Of a DNA stretch of 64,000 bases, positions 19,556 through 28,847 are shown one piece after another (the stretch's first letter is position 1; every line of letters starts with the position of its first letter). A model generated the notes under the pieces. The model saw only the letters and a list, made by a program, of their open reading frames with translations. It searched no databases and was not told the DNA's origin. The stretch spans positions 2,878-66,877 of the forward strand of contig CAIWMF010000009.1 of NCBI GenBank assembly GCA_903913785.1. Reading direction: 5' to 3'. The position numbers were made by a program, and so were the translations under genes. The stretch is from an uncultured Spartobacteria bacterium (GTDB lineage Bacteria > Verrucomicrobiota > Verrucomicrobiia > Chthoniobacterales > UBA6821).

Positions 19556-20836
19556 TTACCAAGGGCGGAGTAAACTTTTGTTATTAGGTCGCGTGTAAAT
19601 GGCCTGTACTACGGAAATATTACGTGTTGCAAATGCTGCTTCACAATATTTGAGATAGTAATTCCAACTGCGTATAAAGTTTTCGTCAAAGCCTAATGCC
19701 CGCACCTGATCTCTCTGGGCGTTGAAATTGTGATGCCACGTTGCAAGAGTCCGAGCGTAATCATTGCCCAAATCTTCTAAATCGTGCAAAAACAAATTGC
19801 TCGTTTCAAACAAGACTTGATTGATTCTTCCAACACTCAGTAATAAAGATCCTGGAAAAATATGACGTTGGATCCAATCAACACTTCTCTTAAGGCTTGG
19901 ATAGCGATAGTCCGGAACAGTAATCATCTGAATGCCTAAGAGTCCCTGAGGGGAGAGGACTTCGTGGCATTTAGAAAAGAAGGCACGATGATACTCGTCT
20001 CCGACGGCTTCGAGCATTTCAATGGAAACGATTTTATCATAGCTTCCAGAAAGATGTCGGTAGTCTTCAATACGAATCGTGATCTGATGCTCAAGGCCTG
20101 CTTGAGCGATCTTTTCTTGGGCATAGGTTGCTTGAGCCTTTGAGAGAGTGATGCCAGTGATACGGCATCCATATTTTTTTGCAGCAAACAGCGCAAATCC
20201 TCCCCAGCCGCAGCCAATCTCAAGGACATGGTCGCTTTCTTTAAGATCAAGTTTTTGACAAAGTGCTTCGTATTTTGCTTCTTGAGCCTCTTGAAGAGAC
20301 TGATGAGGGTTCTCAAATTTAGCACTCGAGTACGTCATGGTTGGGTCTAGCCAGAGGGCATAGAAATCATTTCCTAAATCATAATGCTCGGCAATATTGC
20401 GCTTGCTCATCGTGAGATTATTCCGGCGGCGCACATGTCCCATCCAGTTAATGATCGTTAAAAAATTGACACTCGGAATATTGGTTGCCTTTGTGTTGCT
20501 TCCTTGAAGCTTGTTGAGATTTTCAATAAACCAGCTAATGACTGCTTTGAGATCTGGTGTGTCCCAGAGACCTTCGCTATAGGCTTGGCCTAGTCCTATA
20601 TCTCCATAGAAAGCGCAGTAGTTAAAAAACGCCCTAGGATCATGAATCCTTAGAGAGGCGGTGATCGCTGCACCAGGCTTACCGAAGTAACGAGTTGCTC
20701 GACCCTCAATATCAACACGGAGTCCTCCCTGTGTCATTTTTTTTAATGCTAAGAGGACACAATATTCACAGAGGCTATGACTCCGGTAAGGAGCTTGTGA
20801 GAGAGGGAGAGTTTCTTGAGTAGGAATATCAGTCAT
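19556..20836 (-). CDS. cfa: cyclopropane-fatty-acyl-phospholipid synthase family methyltransferase
   Basis: The track ORF runs to 21037, but that N-terminal extension overlaps the DUF1365 gene. The ATG at 20836 (MTDIPTQ...) overlaps the DUF1365 stop as ATGACTGA. SAM motif VLEIGCGWGGFA. Confidence 0.85.
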   Translation of the reverse strand: MTDIPTQETLPLSQAPYRSHSLCEYCVLLALKKMTQGGLRVDIEGRATRYFGKPGAAITASLRIHDPRAFFNYCAFYGDIGLGQAYSEGLWDTPDLKAVISWFIENLNKLQGSNTKATNIPSVNFLTIINWMGHVRRRNNLTMSKRNIAEHYDLGNDFYALWLDPTMTYSSAKFENPHQSLQEAQEAKYEALCQKLDLKESDHVLEIGCGWGGFALFAAKKYGCRITGITLSKAQATYAQEKIAQAGLEHQITIRIEDYRHLSGSYDKIVSIEMLEAVGDEYHRAFFSKCHEVLSPQGLLGIQMITVPDYRYPSLKRSVDWIQRHIFPGSLLLSVGRINQVLFETSNLFLHDLEDLGNDYARTLATWHHNFNAQRDQVRALGFDENFIRSWNYYLKYCEAAFATRNISVVQAIYTRPNNKSLLRPW

Positions 20837-21635
20837 GAATCTTTGTTTTTGTTGGATAAGGTCGGAGGATATCAGATTGTGCTTCTTGACGATCTGTTTT
20901 TTGAAAAAAAGGAATTCCTTTTTTCCATAAGAGAAAGGCATGCCAATGAATCCGTCCAATAATCTGCAGGGATAAAAATGGATATTTGAAAAAATAAGAG
21001 AGCATGCGTGAAGAGGAAAGTGAATGCTCTTCGCCACGAATAGAGCTTAGAAGGAGGCGTTCTCCGCCTTCGTAGTCATCGATATTCACGCGCCATGTTT
21101 TTTTGGGAACGCCTATTTTAAAATCAAATTCTACTCCTGGATCAGAAAAGGGAGAGACATAGAAATTCTTAGCAACCCGCCGGTGCCATAATTGATGGGC
21201 ATCAGAGGTATCAATGAGAAAGAGTTTCATTTCACGAAAGGTATTCACAACCTCTGCCACCACAGCAAGGGTTTCACCTTCTAGAGAAAAAAGAAAATAA
21301 AAGGAAACAGGGTTAAATCCATAGCCGAGCACACGCGGAAATGTCATCAAAGAAATGGAAATATCGGGCGGAAATTTTTTTCCTTGGCCGTCAAGCCATG
21401 CTAAAAGATTGGGAGCAATGCCACCTGGAAGCCCAAGATTGATATGATCGGCATCATCTATAGAAAAAAGATTCCAGGCATTATGACTGAGCCCCCAGGT
21501 TTTTTTTGCAGTGATTGGTAGGGATTGGAGATCCACATAGAGCATGAAAAGCGAGTAGGCAAACTGATGTCGCTTCGGTTTTAAGCGGCAATGGGTGACG
21601 TGGCAGGAATAGAGTTTATTCATGAATGCATCCAC
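20829..21635 (-). CDS. DUF1365 family protein
   Basis: 268 aa. The N-terminus LYSCHVTHCRLKPKRHQFAYSLFMLYVDL is typical of DUF1365. It lies between the FAD oxidoreductase and cfa. Confidence 0.8.
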   Translation of the reverse strand: MDAFMNKLYSCHVTHCRLKPKRHQFAYSLFMLYVDLQSLPITAKKTWGLSHNAWNLFSIDDADHINLGLPGGIAPNLLAWLDGQGKKFPPDISISLMTFPRVLGYGFNPVSFYFLFSLEGETLAVVAEVVNTFREMKLFLIDTSDAHQLWHRRVAKNFYVSPFSDPGVEFDFKIGVPKKTWRVNIDDYEGGERLLLSSIRGEEHSLSSSRMLSYFFKYPFLSLQIIGRIHWHAFLLWKKGIPFFQKTDRQEAQSDILRPYPTKTKIHD

Positions 21636-22945
21636 GGATCTTTTCCTAAAATCTTCTCACACACATGCACTGCCGAGAGTAGACCATCTTCATGAAAACC
21701 ATAGCGCTGCCATGCACCAGCAAAGTAGCGTTTTGTTTCCTCTCCCTCGCTGTGGAGCTTGCTAAGACGCTTTTGAGCTCCAATCGCCTTCACATCAAAA
21801 AGAGGATGCTCATAGGGGAGATGATATTTAAGAAATTTTTCTTTAGGAATCACGGGTGGATTAACAGAGACAAAATAGTTTTCTTTTTCCGAGACCCCTT
21901 GCAGTTCGTTCATCCAGTAGTGTGTTGAGTAGTGTTTTTTTTGATCCTTATCACAATCAATGCGATAGTTCCAAGAAGCCCATGCACGAGTGTGCTGTGG
22001 CATAAACTGAGGATCTGTATGTAGGTAGACCTCGTTCTTTTGATAGTGAAAGCAGGAAAGGATTTCTTTTTCAAGGACGCTGGGGCGATCGATTAACCCA
22101 AGAGCTTGGTCTCCATGCACCGCAAGAATAACCCGATCAAACAACCGGCAAGCACCATCCTTGAATGTCATCTCAACGCCGTGGGCAAGTGTGGTGATTT
22201 TTTCAATACTCGCCGCTTGATGAATATTCTGTGCAAAAGGAGCGCTTAATTTTTCTACATAAGAACGTGAACCACCCACTACCGTGCGCCAGGGATGATG
22301 TGTGTGACGTCCCATAAAACCATGATTATGCCAGAAGCGCAGGAGTGTTCTGGCTGGGAATTCCTCGATCCGTTCTGGAGAGCTTGACCAAACAGCTGCT
22401 GCCATGGGGGAGAGATACCATTGTAAAAAATCCTCTCCATAGCCCCGTGCATTCACATAGTCACGTAGTGGCATTTCTCCAAAGCAGGGATTCTTAAGCT
22501 CTTCAATACTTTCGCGATGGAAACGCGCAATGCTCGCTAACATTTTCCAGTAACGTGGACGCAATAGGTTTCGGCGCTGCACAAATAAAAGATCCAAGCT
22601 CGCACCATTATACTCAATGTGATCCCCTCGATGCTGCACACTAAAAGACATCGTAGTGGGTTTGGTGGTCACTCCAAGTTCGGCAAATAATCTGGTTAAG
22701 AGCGGATAGGTCACTTCATTATAAACCATAAAACCGCTATCAATAGGAATCATCTGATCCTCTTCCTCAACCATCAGCGTATGGGAGTGTCCTCCAAGAC
22801 GCTTCTCTTTTTCAAAGAGAGTGACCTGATAGCCGCTATTGCGAGAGAGAAAATAGGCGCAAGCAAGACCGGAAATACCACTTCCAATAATGGCAATAGA
22901 GTGTTTTTGAGAAATCATCGTTGTGCTTGTTTGTGGAGATATCAA
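21620..22945 (-). CDS. FAD/NAD(P)-binding amine-oxidase-like oxidoreductase
   Basis: 441 aa with a dinucleotide-binding motif (IAIIGSGISGLACAY). First gene of the cluster. An alternative ATG lies at 22918. Confidence 0.85.
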   Translation of the reverse strand: MISPQTSTTMISQKHSIAIIGSGISGLACAYFLSRNSGYQVTLFEKEKRLGGHSHTLMVEEEDQMIPIDSGFMVYNEVTYPLLTRLFAELGVTTKPTTMSFSVQHRGDHIEYNGASLDLLFVQRRNLLRPRYWKMLASIARFHRESIEELKNPCFGEMPLRDYVNARGYGEDFLQWYLSPMAAAVWSSSPERIEEFPARTLLRFWHNHGFMGRHTHHPWRTVVGGSRSYVEKLSAPFAQNIHQAASIEKITTLAHGVEMTFKDGACRLFDRVILAVHGDQALGLIDRPSVLEKEILSCFHYQKNEVYLHTDPQFMPQHTRAWASWNYRIDCDKDQKKHYSTHYWMNELQGVSEKENYFVSVNPPVIPKEKFLKYHLPYEHPLFDVKAIGAQKRLSKLHSEGEETKRYFAGAWQRYGFHEDGLLSAVHVCEKILGKDPWMHS

Positions 22946-22970
22946 GAGTCAGGATTTTTTTAAAAAAAGT

Positions 22971-23435
22971 CTATGACCATGTGGAAAAAGGATGAACTGA
23001 TAAATTAGAATTAAAGTAACGCGGATCATGAGAAATCTCTTTGCCTACCCAGGGAGGTAAGGCAAAGGTGGCTTCGGGATCATCCAGCTCAATTTCCGCA
23101 ATGATGAGGCCTGCATTTTCACCATGAAATTCATCGACCTCCCACGTCATACCATCATGAAGGAGGTGATAACGTGTTTTTTTGACCAGAGGTTTTCTAC
23201 AGAGAGATTGCAATTCTTGAGCCTCCTTGAAGGGGATGGGGTACTCAAATTCCGGGCGACTGATCCCTTGCTTGCGACCTTTAATGGTGAGAAAGGCATT
23301 GCTTCCTTCCGTGCGAACACGCACCGTAGTCTCTGAATTTCCAGAAAGATAACCTTGGCAATAGCTTGTTCCAATCGCGTTATGGCGCCAGGCATTTGTG
23401 ACAACTAAGTATTTACGTTCAATTTCAATAGCCAT
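22971..23435 (-). CDS. CYTH-domain protein (triphosphate tunnel metalloenzyme)
   Basis: 154 aa. The N-terminal MAIEIERKYLV carries the ExExK signature of CYTH domains. Confidence 0.8.
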   Translation of the reverse strand: MAIEIERKYLVVTNAWRHNAIGTSYCQGYLSGNSETTVRVRTEGSNAFLTIKGRKQGISRPEFEYPIPFKEAQELQSLCRKPLVKKTRYHLLHDGMTWEVDEFHGENAGLIIAEIELDDPEATFALPPWVGKEISHDPRYFNSNLSVHPFSTWS

Positions 23436-23562
23436 GGAGAGAGATCATAGACACATGAAATCAAAATAACATGAAAGAAGAGCAGGATTGTAAAAAAAAA
23501 TGAGATCTTGGTTTTTTCTATTTCTCTTTTTCTGAGGATTATTTGACCTATGCTCTCTTCCT

Positions 23563-24012
23563 ATGTCTCAACAATGGATCTTCTATGCCTTCGGTGCTGC
23601 TATTCTCTGGGGATCAAGCTATGCGGCAAGTGGGCCCATTCTACGCTCTAAGATGACACCACTAGTATTCTATTTTTGCTACTCGTGTGTTGGCGTGCTG
23701 GTGGCTGCACTTCTTCTAATTCTATCAGGAAAAAGGAGATTGCTTATGAGTGAGCTCTTGGAGCTTAATACCCGAGAGATTTGCTGGTTTCTTTTTTCAC
23801 TTGTATCGGCATCACTGGGCGCTTGGATGACGTACTTAGCTGTGGAGGCTAAGAATGCCTCCCTTGCCTCGATGATCGAGATTTCCTACCCCTTGTTTGT
23901 GGTCCTCTTTACGTGGATTTTTTTTAGAGAGATTCAACTCAGTGAGATGACGTTTTTAGGAGGTATCCTCGTGATTGTCGGAGTGTGTCTGATTATTAAA
24001 AACAGTCTCTAA
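23563..24012 (+). CDS. small EamA/DMT-like membrane transporter
   Basis: 149 aa with 4-5 TM helices and a single EamA-like domain pattern. The family call is tentative. Confidence 0.5.
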   Translation: MSQQWIFYAFGAAILWGSSYAASGPILRSKMTPLVFYFCYSCVGVLVAALLLILSGKRRLLMSELLELNTREICWFLFSLVSASLGAWMTYLAVEAKNASLASMIEISYPLFVVLFTWIFFREIQLSEMTFLGGILVIVGVCLIIKNSL

Positions 24013-25440
24013 TTGCCAGCGACAAGAGAGGCCCAAGCCTTGTGAGGAGAGTGATGCCGCTTGCAATGTTTCTAAAATACCAGAAGAGGATAGATAATGC
24101 TCTTGGACCCATGCGATGGCTTCCTGAGGGTTTTGCAATTTGTTTTCTAGTTGTGCCTCTTTTACGCTTTGTAAAATCTCTCCAAATATTTTCCCTGGTT
24201 GCAATCCAAGCTCTAGTAGATCCCTTCCTGTCACGAGGGGAGGTGGGATGAGTTCTAAAGAGGCAAGTTCTTTTTGTTTGTCTCTTAGGAGATAATAATT
24301 ATCAAGCATCCCATGGCTAGAGGCACAATCAACCCGGTGCAATTCTAATTCATCCTCAAAGGTAGGTCTCGCCATCATCTTGCGTAAGGTAGAGAGACGC
24401 ATGTGAGGAACATCTTTAAAGCTCATATGCAGCCGGACTGCAGGAATCACAGCATCAAGGATTTTATTAGAAAAACGAAAGCGTTGTAATATTTTCTCTG
24501 TCATCTTTGCCCCCACTTGATCATGAGCGTAGAAGCGGACTTTTCCTGAGGGGTCCAGAGTCCGTGTGCGCGGTTTTCCAATATCATGAAAGAGTACCGA
24601 GAGCACGAGCGGGAGAGAGGCTTCCTCTTGGAGCATTGAGAGCATCAGTCGTGTGTGAATAAAAACATCGCCTTCAGGATGGAATTCCGGAGGCTGTTCA
24701 CACCCTTTGAGATTTTCTATTTCCGGAAAAATCTCTTTTAAAAGACCGCATTGATTCAGCAAATCAAAACCGCGAAGACGATGAGCAGAGAGGAAAATCT
24801 TTTCGACTTCATCACGAATACGCTCGGCACTCACTTGGAGAATCTTGGGTGATAGCTCTATGATGGCCTTCCATGTTTCTGGTTCTATTTGAAAATTCAA
24901 TGTTGTTGCAAAACGAATCGCACGCAGTAGCCGCAGCTTGTCCTCTTCAAAACGTTGATAGGGATTACCAATAGCCCGGATGACTTTAACTGAGAGATCT
25001 TTTTGCCCTTCGACAAAATCAAGAACCTCCCTGGTGATCGGATCATAAAAAAGACCATTGATGGTAAAATCACGCCTCTTCGCATCTTCTTGCGGATTGG
25101 TAAAGGTCACTCGGGTAGGATGCCGTCCATCGCGGTAACTCCCATCATGTCGGAAAGTCGCTACTTGAACCTCAGCTTCTTTTTCTAAGACAAGGATCAC
25201 CCCAAACTGCGCACCGATGGGAACCGTGCGTGGAAAGATTGTTGTTATATCAGAGGGCAGCGCGCTTGTCGCAATATCAATATCATGGGGCTCCATCCCT
25301 AAGAACATATCGCGCACACATCCCCCGGCAAAATAGGCCACATGACCATGATGACGGAGTTCTTGGAGGATATGGAGAGCAGACTCCAGGAGTTTGGAGT
25401 CTGGATTGCGAAGATGGGTGAAGAGATTGGGTGGAGTCAC
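23956..25440 (-). CDS. cca: CCA-adding tRNA nucleotidyltransferase with HD domain
   Basis: 494 aa. Pol-beta-type head (FAGGCVRDMFLG, HDIDIAT) and an HD motif (LFHDIGKP). The 3' end overlaps the convergent 23563..24012 ORF by 57 nt. Confidence 0.85.
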   Translation of the reverse strand: MTPPNLFTHLRNPDSKLLESALHILQELRHHGHVAYFAGGCVRDMFLGMEPHDIDIATSALPSDITTIFPRTVPIGAQFGVILVLEKEAEVQVATFRHDGSYRDGRHPTRVTFTNPQEDAKRRDFTINGLFYDPITREVLDFVEGQKDLSVKVIRAIGNPYQRFEEDKLRLLRAIRFATTLNFQIEPETWKAIIELSPKILQVSAERIRDEVEKIFLSAHRLRGFDLLNQCGLLKEIFPEIENLKGCEQPPEFHPEGDVFIHTRLMLSMLQEEASLPLVLSVLFHDIGKPRTRTLDPSGKVRFYAHDQVGAKMTEKILQRFRFSNKILDAVIPAVRLHMSFKDVPHMRLSTLRKMMARPTFEDELELHRVDCASSHGMLDNYYLLRDKQKELASLELIPPPLVTGRDLLELGLQPGKIFGEILQSVKEAQLENKLQNPQEAIAWVQEHYLSSSGILETLQAASLSSQGLGLSCRWQLETVFNNQTHSDNHEDTS

Positions 25441-25497
25441 AAAATGAGAAAAAAAGATAACAGCAGCAAAGCTAAGTTGAGCAGAGAGGAGAGTTCT

Positions 25498-26391
25498 TTA
25501 CAGAGGTCGTTTGAAATCCTCTACATGATCAAATCCAGGAGGTATCGGAGTTGCAGGGGTCTTTAGAGATGTCATGGTTCCAATGGGTGTGAGCTCTAAG
25601 GCTGGGAAATGATTTTTCCAATCAGCATGGAGTTTTAGCCATGCTTTGGGATCAATGGTCACGAGCAGTTCGTAATCCTCACCATGAGTGATCGCCTCTT
25701 GTGTGGACGAGTCTTGATGGCATGGTATGTTATTTTCCTCGATCAAAAAATTGCATTGGCTCGCTCTTGCAAGCCTCGGAAGATCGCTACCCAGACCATC
25801 ACTGAGATCCATCATGGCGTGGACACCTGATTGTGCCGCTAACCATTGACCTTCTAGGAGCCGAGGCAGGAAGGTAAGATGACGTCCGCTTTGAAATGAT
25901 CCACCGAGCTTACCGGTGACACAGATCAGATCATTAGGTTGTGCCGCGCTGCGCAGTAGTGTGCGAGGTCCTGTGATCCCAGACAAGGTGACCGAGATAA
26001 AGAGCGTTGTCGGAGACCGTGTGATTTCTCCTCCAATAATGGTGATCTTAAAGGTTCTTGCGGCTTTTCCTATGCCACGAGACAGATCGCGCCATTCATT
26101 TTCACTCCGAGCTAGAGGCGCAGCGACCGTGACTAACGCATGCTGGGGAATAGCACCCATCGCTGCAAAATCACTGATAGGACGACAGAGAGCTTTCCAG
26201 CCGACGGCGCTCAGATCTGTTTCTTGGGTAAAATGAATACCCTCGAGGGTTGCATCTGTTTTAAGAACCAGTGAGTGACCTTCGGGCGGTGGTCTCACTA
26301 CGGCACAGTCATCACCACTTCCCACAATAAGAGAGGGATGGCTTATTGGTAACTCTTGTCGAATGATTTCAAGCAGCGATTCTTCTGTCAT
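25498..26391 (-). CDS. thiL: thiamine-monophosphate kinase
   Basis: 297 aa, AIR-synthase-related fold, with an N-terminal GDDCAVV motif. Confidence 0.85.
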   Translation of the reverse strand: MTEESLLEIIRQELPISHPSLIVGSGDDCAVVRPPPEGHSLVLKTDATLEGIHFTQETDLSAVGWKALCRPISDFAAMGAIPQHALVTVAAPLARSENEWRDLSRGIGKAARTFKITIIGGEITRSPTTLFISVTLSGITGPRTLLRSAAQPNDLICVTGKLGGSFQSGRHLTFLPRLLEGQWLAAQSGVHAMMDLSDGLGSDLPRLARASQCNFLIEENNIPCHQDSSTQEAITHGEDYELLVTIDPKAWLKLHADWKNHFPALELTPIGTMTSLKTPATPIPPGFDHVEDFKRPL

Positions 26392-27230
26392 AATAAATCT
26401 TTTTGAAAAAGAAGGAGCATGACAATAGAGATGCTATTGAACATCGCATGAACGCAAATATTCGACCAGAGCGACCCGGTGCGCTCATAGAGCAAGCAGA
26501 GCATCACGGCCAACAAGCTAAGACTGAGCATCGAGGGGAGATTTAAATGAACGGCTGCAAACAAAAGGGAAGTTCCTATGATTGCGGGAATCCTTCCTAA
26601 AAAACGTCTTGAAACACTGTAGAGGTAGCCACGAAAGAGAAACTCCTCTGCACACGGAGCCACAATAACGGCCATAATGATAATGGCAAGACGGTCTTGA
26701 AAAGCGTGATGATGGAGAAAATAAGTCACCACCGCTTGTGTGTCATCGCCTGTGCCAAAGAGGACTTCGATGGCTCCTTGGCTCGCCATAATGAGCGGGT
26801 AGGTGACGAGCAGCCAGAGAGAGGCTTGTTTAATGATTTTGAGTGGATGCGTCGGTCGGAGGCCAAAAAGTATTGTAGGCGAGAGATGTCGTAGTGAGAG
26901 AAAGGCGCAAATCCCTCCCACGATGAAAAAATAGATGACGACATTAAAAACAATGAGAGACAGGGAAATGTTTTCTTCTTTGCCTAGTGAGCTCACGATC
27001 ACACCCAGAAACCATCCGCTAAGAAGGAGTGCAATGAGTGCATCCCAGCTAGTGAAGGGTCCAATGGTTAAAATAGCTTTGCGCGAGACGCGACAGGCAA
27101 TCCATCCATAAAGCGTATAGAGTACTAACAAGAAAAAAATGATTTCAAGCGCTAAAATCAGTGGGCAATCAAGAAAATTGGTAAAATACGTGATCATGAG
27201 TAGTAGGGAAAAATGAGAGAAAAATGACAA
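26388..27230 (-). CDS. CPBP family intramembrane glutamic endopeptidase (CAAX protease-like)
   Basis: 280 aa, polytopic, with EEFLFRGYLY and FAAVHL motifs. Overlaps thiL by 4 nt. Confidence 0.8.
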   Translation of the reverse strand: MSFFSHFSLLLMITYFTNFLDCPLILALEIIFFLLVLYTLYGWIACRVSRKAILTIGPFTSWDALIALLLSGWFLGVIVSSLGKEENISLSLIVFNVVIYFFIVGGICAFLSLRHLSPTILFGLRPTHPLKIIKQASLWLLVTYPLIMASQGAIEVLFGTGDDTQAVVTYFLHHHAFQDRLAIIIMAVIVAPCAEEFLFRGYLYSVSRRFLGRIPAIIGTSLLFAAVHLNLPSMLSLSLLAVMLCLLYERTGSLWSNICVHAMFNSISIVMLLLFQKDLL

Positions 27231-27369
27231 AATAGAAAGCAGGAAGTCTGTTTTTAAAAATGTTTTTTAGAATGTGAGTAACTTGTGAATAAATGGGAAT
27301 AGATGAGGTAACATCTTCTTTTGCTTCTAAGCTGGCTTCTCCTGCTTGCTCCTTTTACAAGTAGAGTCT

Positions 27370-28728
27370 ATGTCAAAAATAGCACTACGCAACAGGCTCG
27401 AAGAGCTCGGAGTTCGTCCTAGCAAAATGTTAGGACAAAATTTTCTTTTGGATTCGAATTTGGCGCGCGCTATTGTCGATGATATTGCGCCTGAGCTTGG
27501 TGATCATCTAGTCGAAGTAGGGCCCGGCATGGGAGCCTTGACAGAGCATATTAATCACTCTCCTGCATCTCGTATGACGCTCATTGAACGAGATCATCGT
27601 TTGGTCATGGAGCTCCAATCGCGCTATCAGGGATCCCAAGTCCGGATTATCCAGGGAGATGCTGCCAAGATTGATTTGAGGGAACTCTATGGATATGGGC
27701 CCATTAAAGTGATTGGAAATCTTCCCTACAGTGCCTCTACTGCTATTATTTCGCATTTCACAGCAGCTCTCTCACCCGCGTGCAGCCTCGTTCTGATGCT
27801 TCAACGCGAAGTAGCAGAAAGATTGACTGCCCTGCCCTCTCATCCTGCTTATGGGGCGCTTACTATTTTGTTAGGGCGCCGGTGGTGTGTGAAAAAAATA
27901 CGCATCGTACCTCCTGATGTTTTTTGGCCGCGGCCTGCTGTGCAATCAGCCGTTGTAAAAATAACCCCGCGTCCTATAGCCGAGATCTCTCCTTGTGATG
28001 AAGATGTTTTTTCTCAAATGGTTCGTCTTGGGTTCTCTTCCAGGCGTAAGCAACTAGGTTCTTTATTAAAAATTGACCCTCTTAAATGGCGTTCTCTCAT
28101 GGAGGATTTAGGCCGTCCTCTCACCATTCGCGGCGAAGATTTATCGATCGCAGAGTGGTCCTTGTTAGTCAATCGCATTGCTCCGCTCTCCTGTGGGTCT
28201 CGGAAAGAATTTTTTGATGTTGTTGATCAAAACGATAAGGTTATTGGTCAAGAAGAGAGAGGTTTGGTCCATGTGAATAAGTTCATGCATCGAGCTATTC
28301 ACATTTGGATCTTCAATGCTAAGGGGGAGCTCTTTCTGCAAAAGCGTTCGTGGCGTAAGGAGACTCATCCTGGTCTTTGGTGCTCGAGTGTCGCGGGGCA
28401 TGTGGCTACTCAAGAAAATTATTTAGAGGCCGCGCGCCGCGAATTGCACGAAGAGTTACAAGCACGTGTCGACTTAAAGCCGTTGTGTCGCTTTGCTGCC
28501 AGTGAGCAGACTGAACAAGAATTTGTGGAATGTTTTTTCGCTATAGCAGAAGGCCCTTTTATCTTAGATCCAGAGGAGATTGAAACCGGTGCTTTTTTTT
28601 CAACCTCCATCCTTGAGCAATGGCTCGCCTCTCATCCTCACGAATTCACCCCGCTCTTTAAAATGATCGCTAAGAAATTTCTAAATGAGACAAAAGAACT
28701 CATTGCCAAGCATGAAAATGTGTCATAA
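27370..28728 (+). CDS. rsmA: fusion protein: 16S rRNA dimethyladenosine transferase RsmA/KsgA + IDI-like Nudix domain
   Basis: Track ORF 27346 (TTG); ATG at 27370. Roughly the first 275 aa are KsgA-like (LGQNFLLD, VEVGPGMGALT, GNLPY). Roughly the last 175 aa carry a Nudix box (GHVATQENYLEAARRELHEEL) and an IDI-like pattern (HRAIHIWIFNAKGELFLQKR). Confidence 0.85.
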   Translation: MSKIALRNRLEELGVRPSKMLGQNFLLDSNLARAIVDDIAPELGDHLVEVGPGMGALTEHINHSPASRMTLIERDHRLVMELQSRYQGSQVRIIQGDAAKIDLRELYGYGPIKVIGNLPYSASTAIISHFTAALSPACSLVLMLQREVAERLTALPSHPAYGALTILLGRRWCVKKIRIVPPDVFWPRPAVQSAVVKITPRPIAEISPCDEDVFSQMVRLGFSSRRKQLGSLLKIDPLKWRSLMEDLGRPLTIRGEDLSIAEWSLLVNRIAPLSCGSRKEFFDVVDQNDKVIGQEERGLVHVNKFMHRAIHIWIFNAKGELFLQKRSWRKETHPGLWCSSVAGHVATQENYLEAARRELHEELQARVDLKPLCRFAASEQTEQEFVECFFAIAEGPFILDPEEIETGAFFSTSILEQWLASHPHEFTPLFKMIAKKFLNETKELIAKHENVS

Positions 28729-28847
28729 TAACCCATCTTGAAGAAGGGGGGTGTCTTTCTTGTTAGGACTAATATAATTTATTCTACTTTTAGAGAGCAT
28801 CTTACAAAAGTATAAAAAACTGGCATGAGATCTGCTACACAAGGGGT

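Noticed and set aside
20837-21037. N-terminal 67-codon extension of the cfa ORF as listed in the track (19556..21037).
   Set aside because: The extension overlaps the 3' end of the DUF1365 gene in another frame. An ATG at 20836 overlaps that gene's stop as ATGACTGA and yields a normal Cfa N-terminus.
23956-24012. The 57-nt convergent overlap between the EamA-like ORF and the 3' end of cca.
   Set aside because: The last 20 or so residues of both ORFs are unconserved-looking tails. The overlap is most simply explained by late stop codons rather than a functional antisense arrangement.
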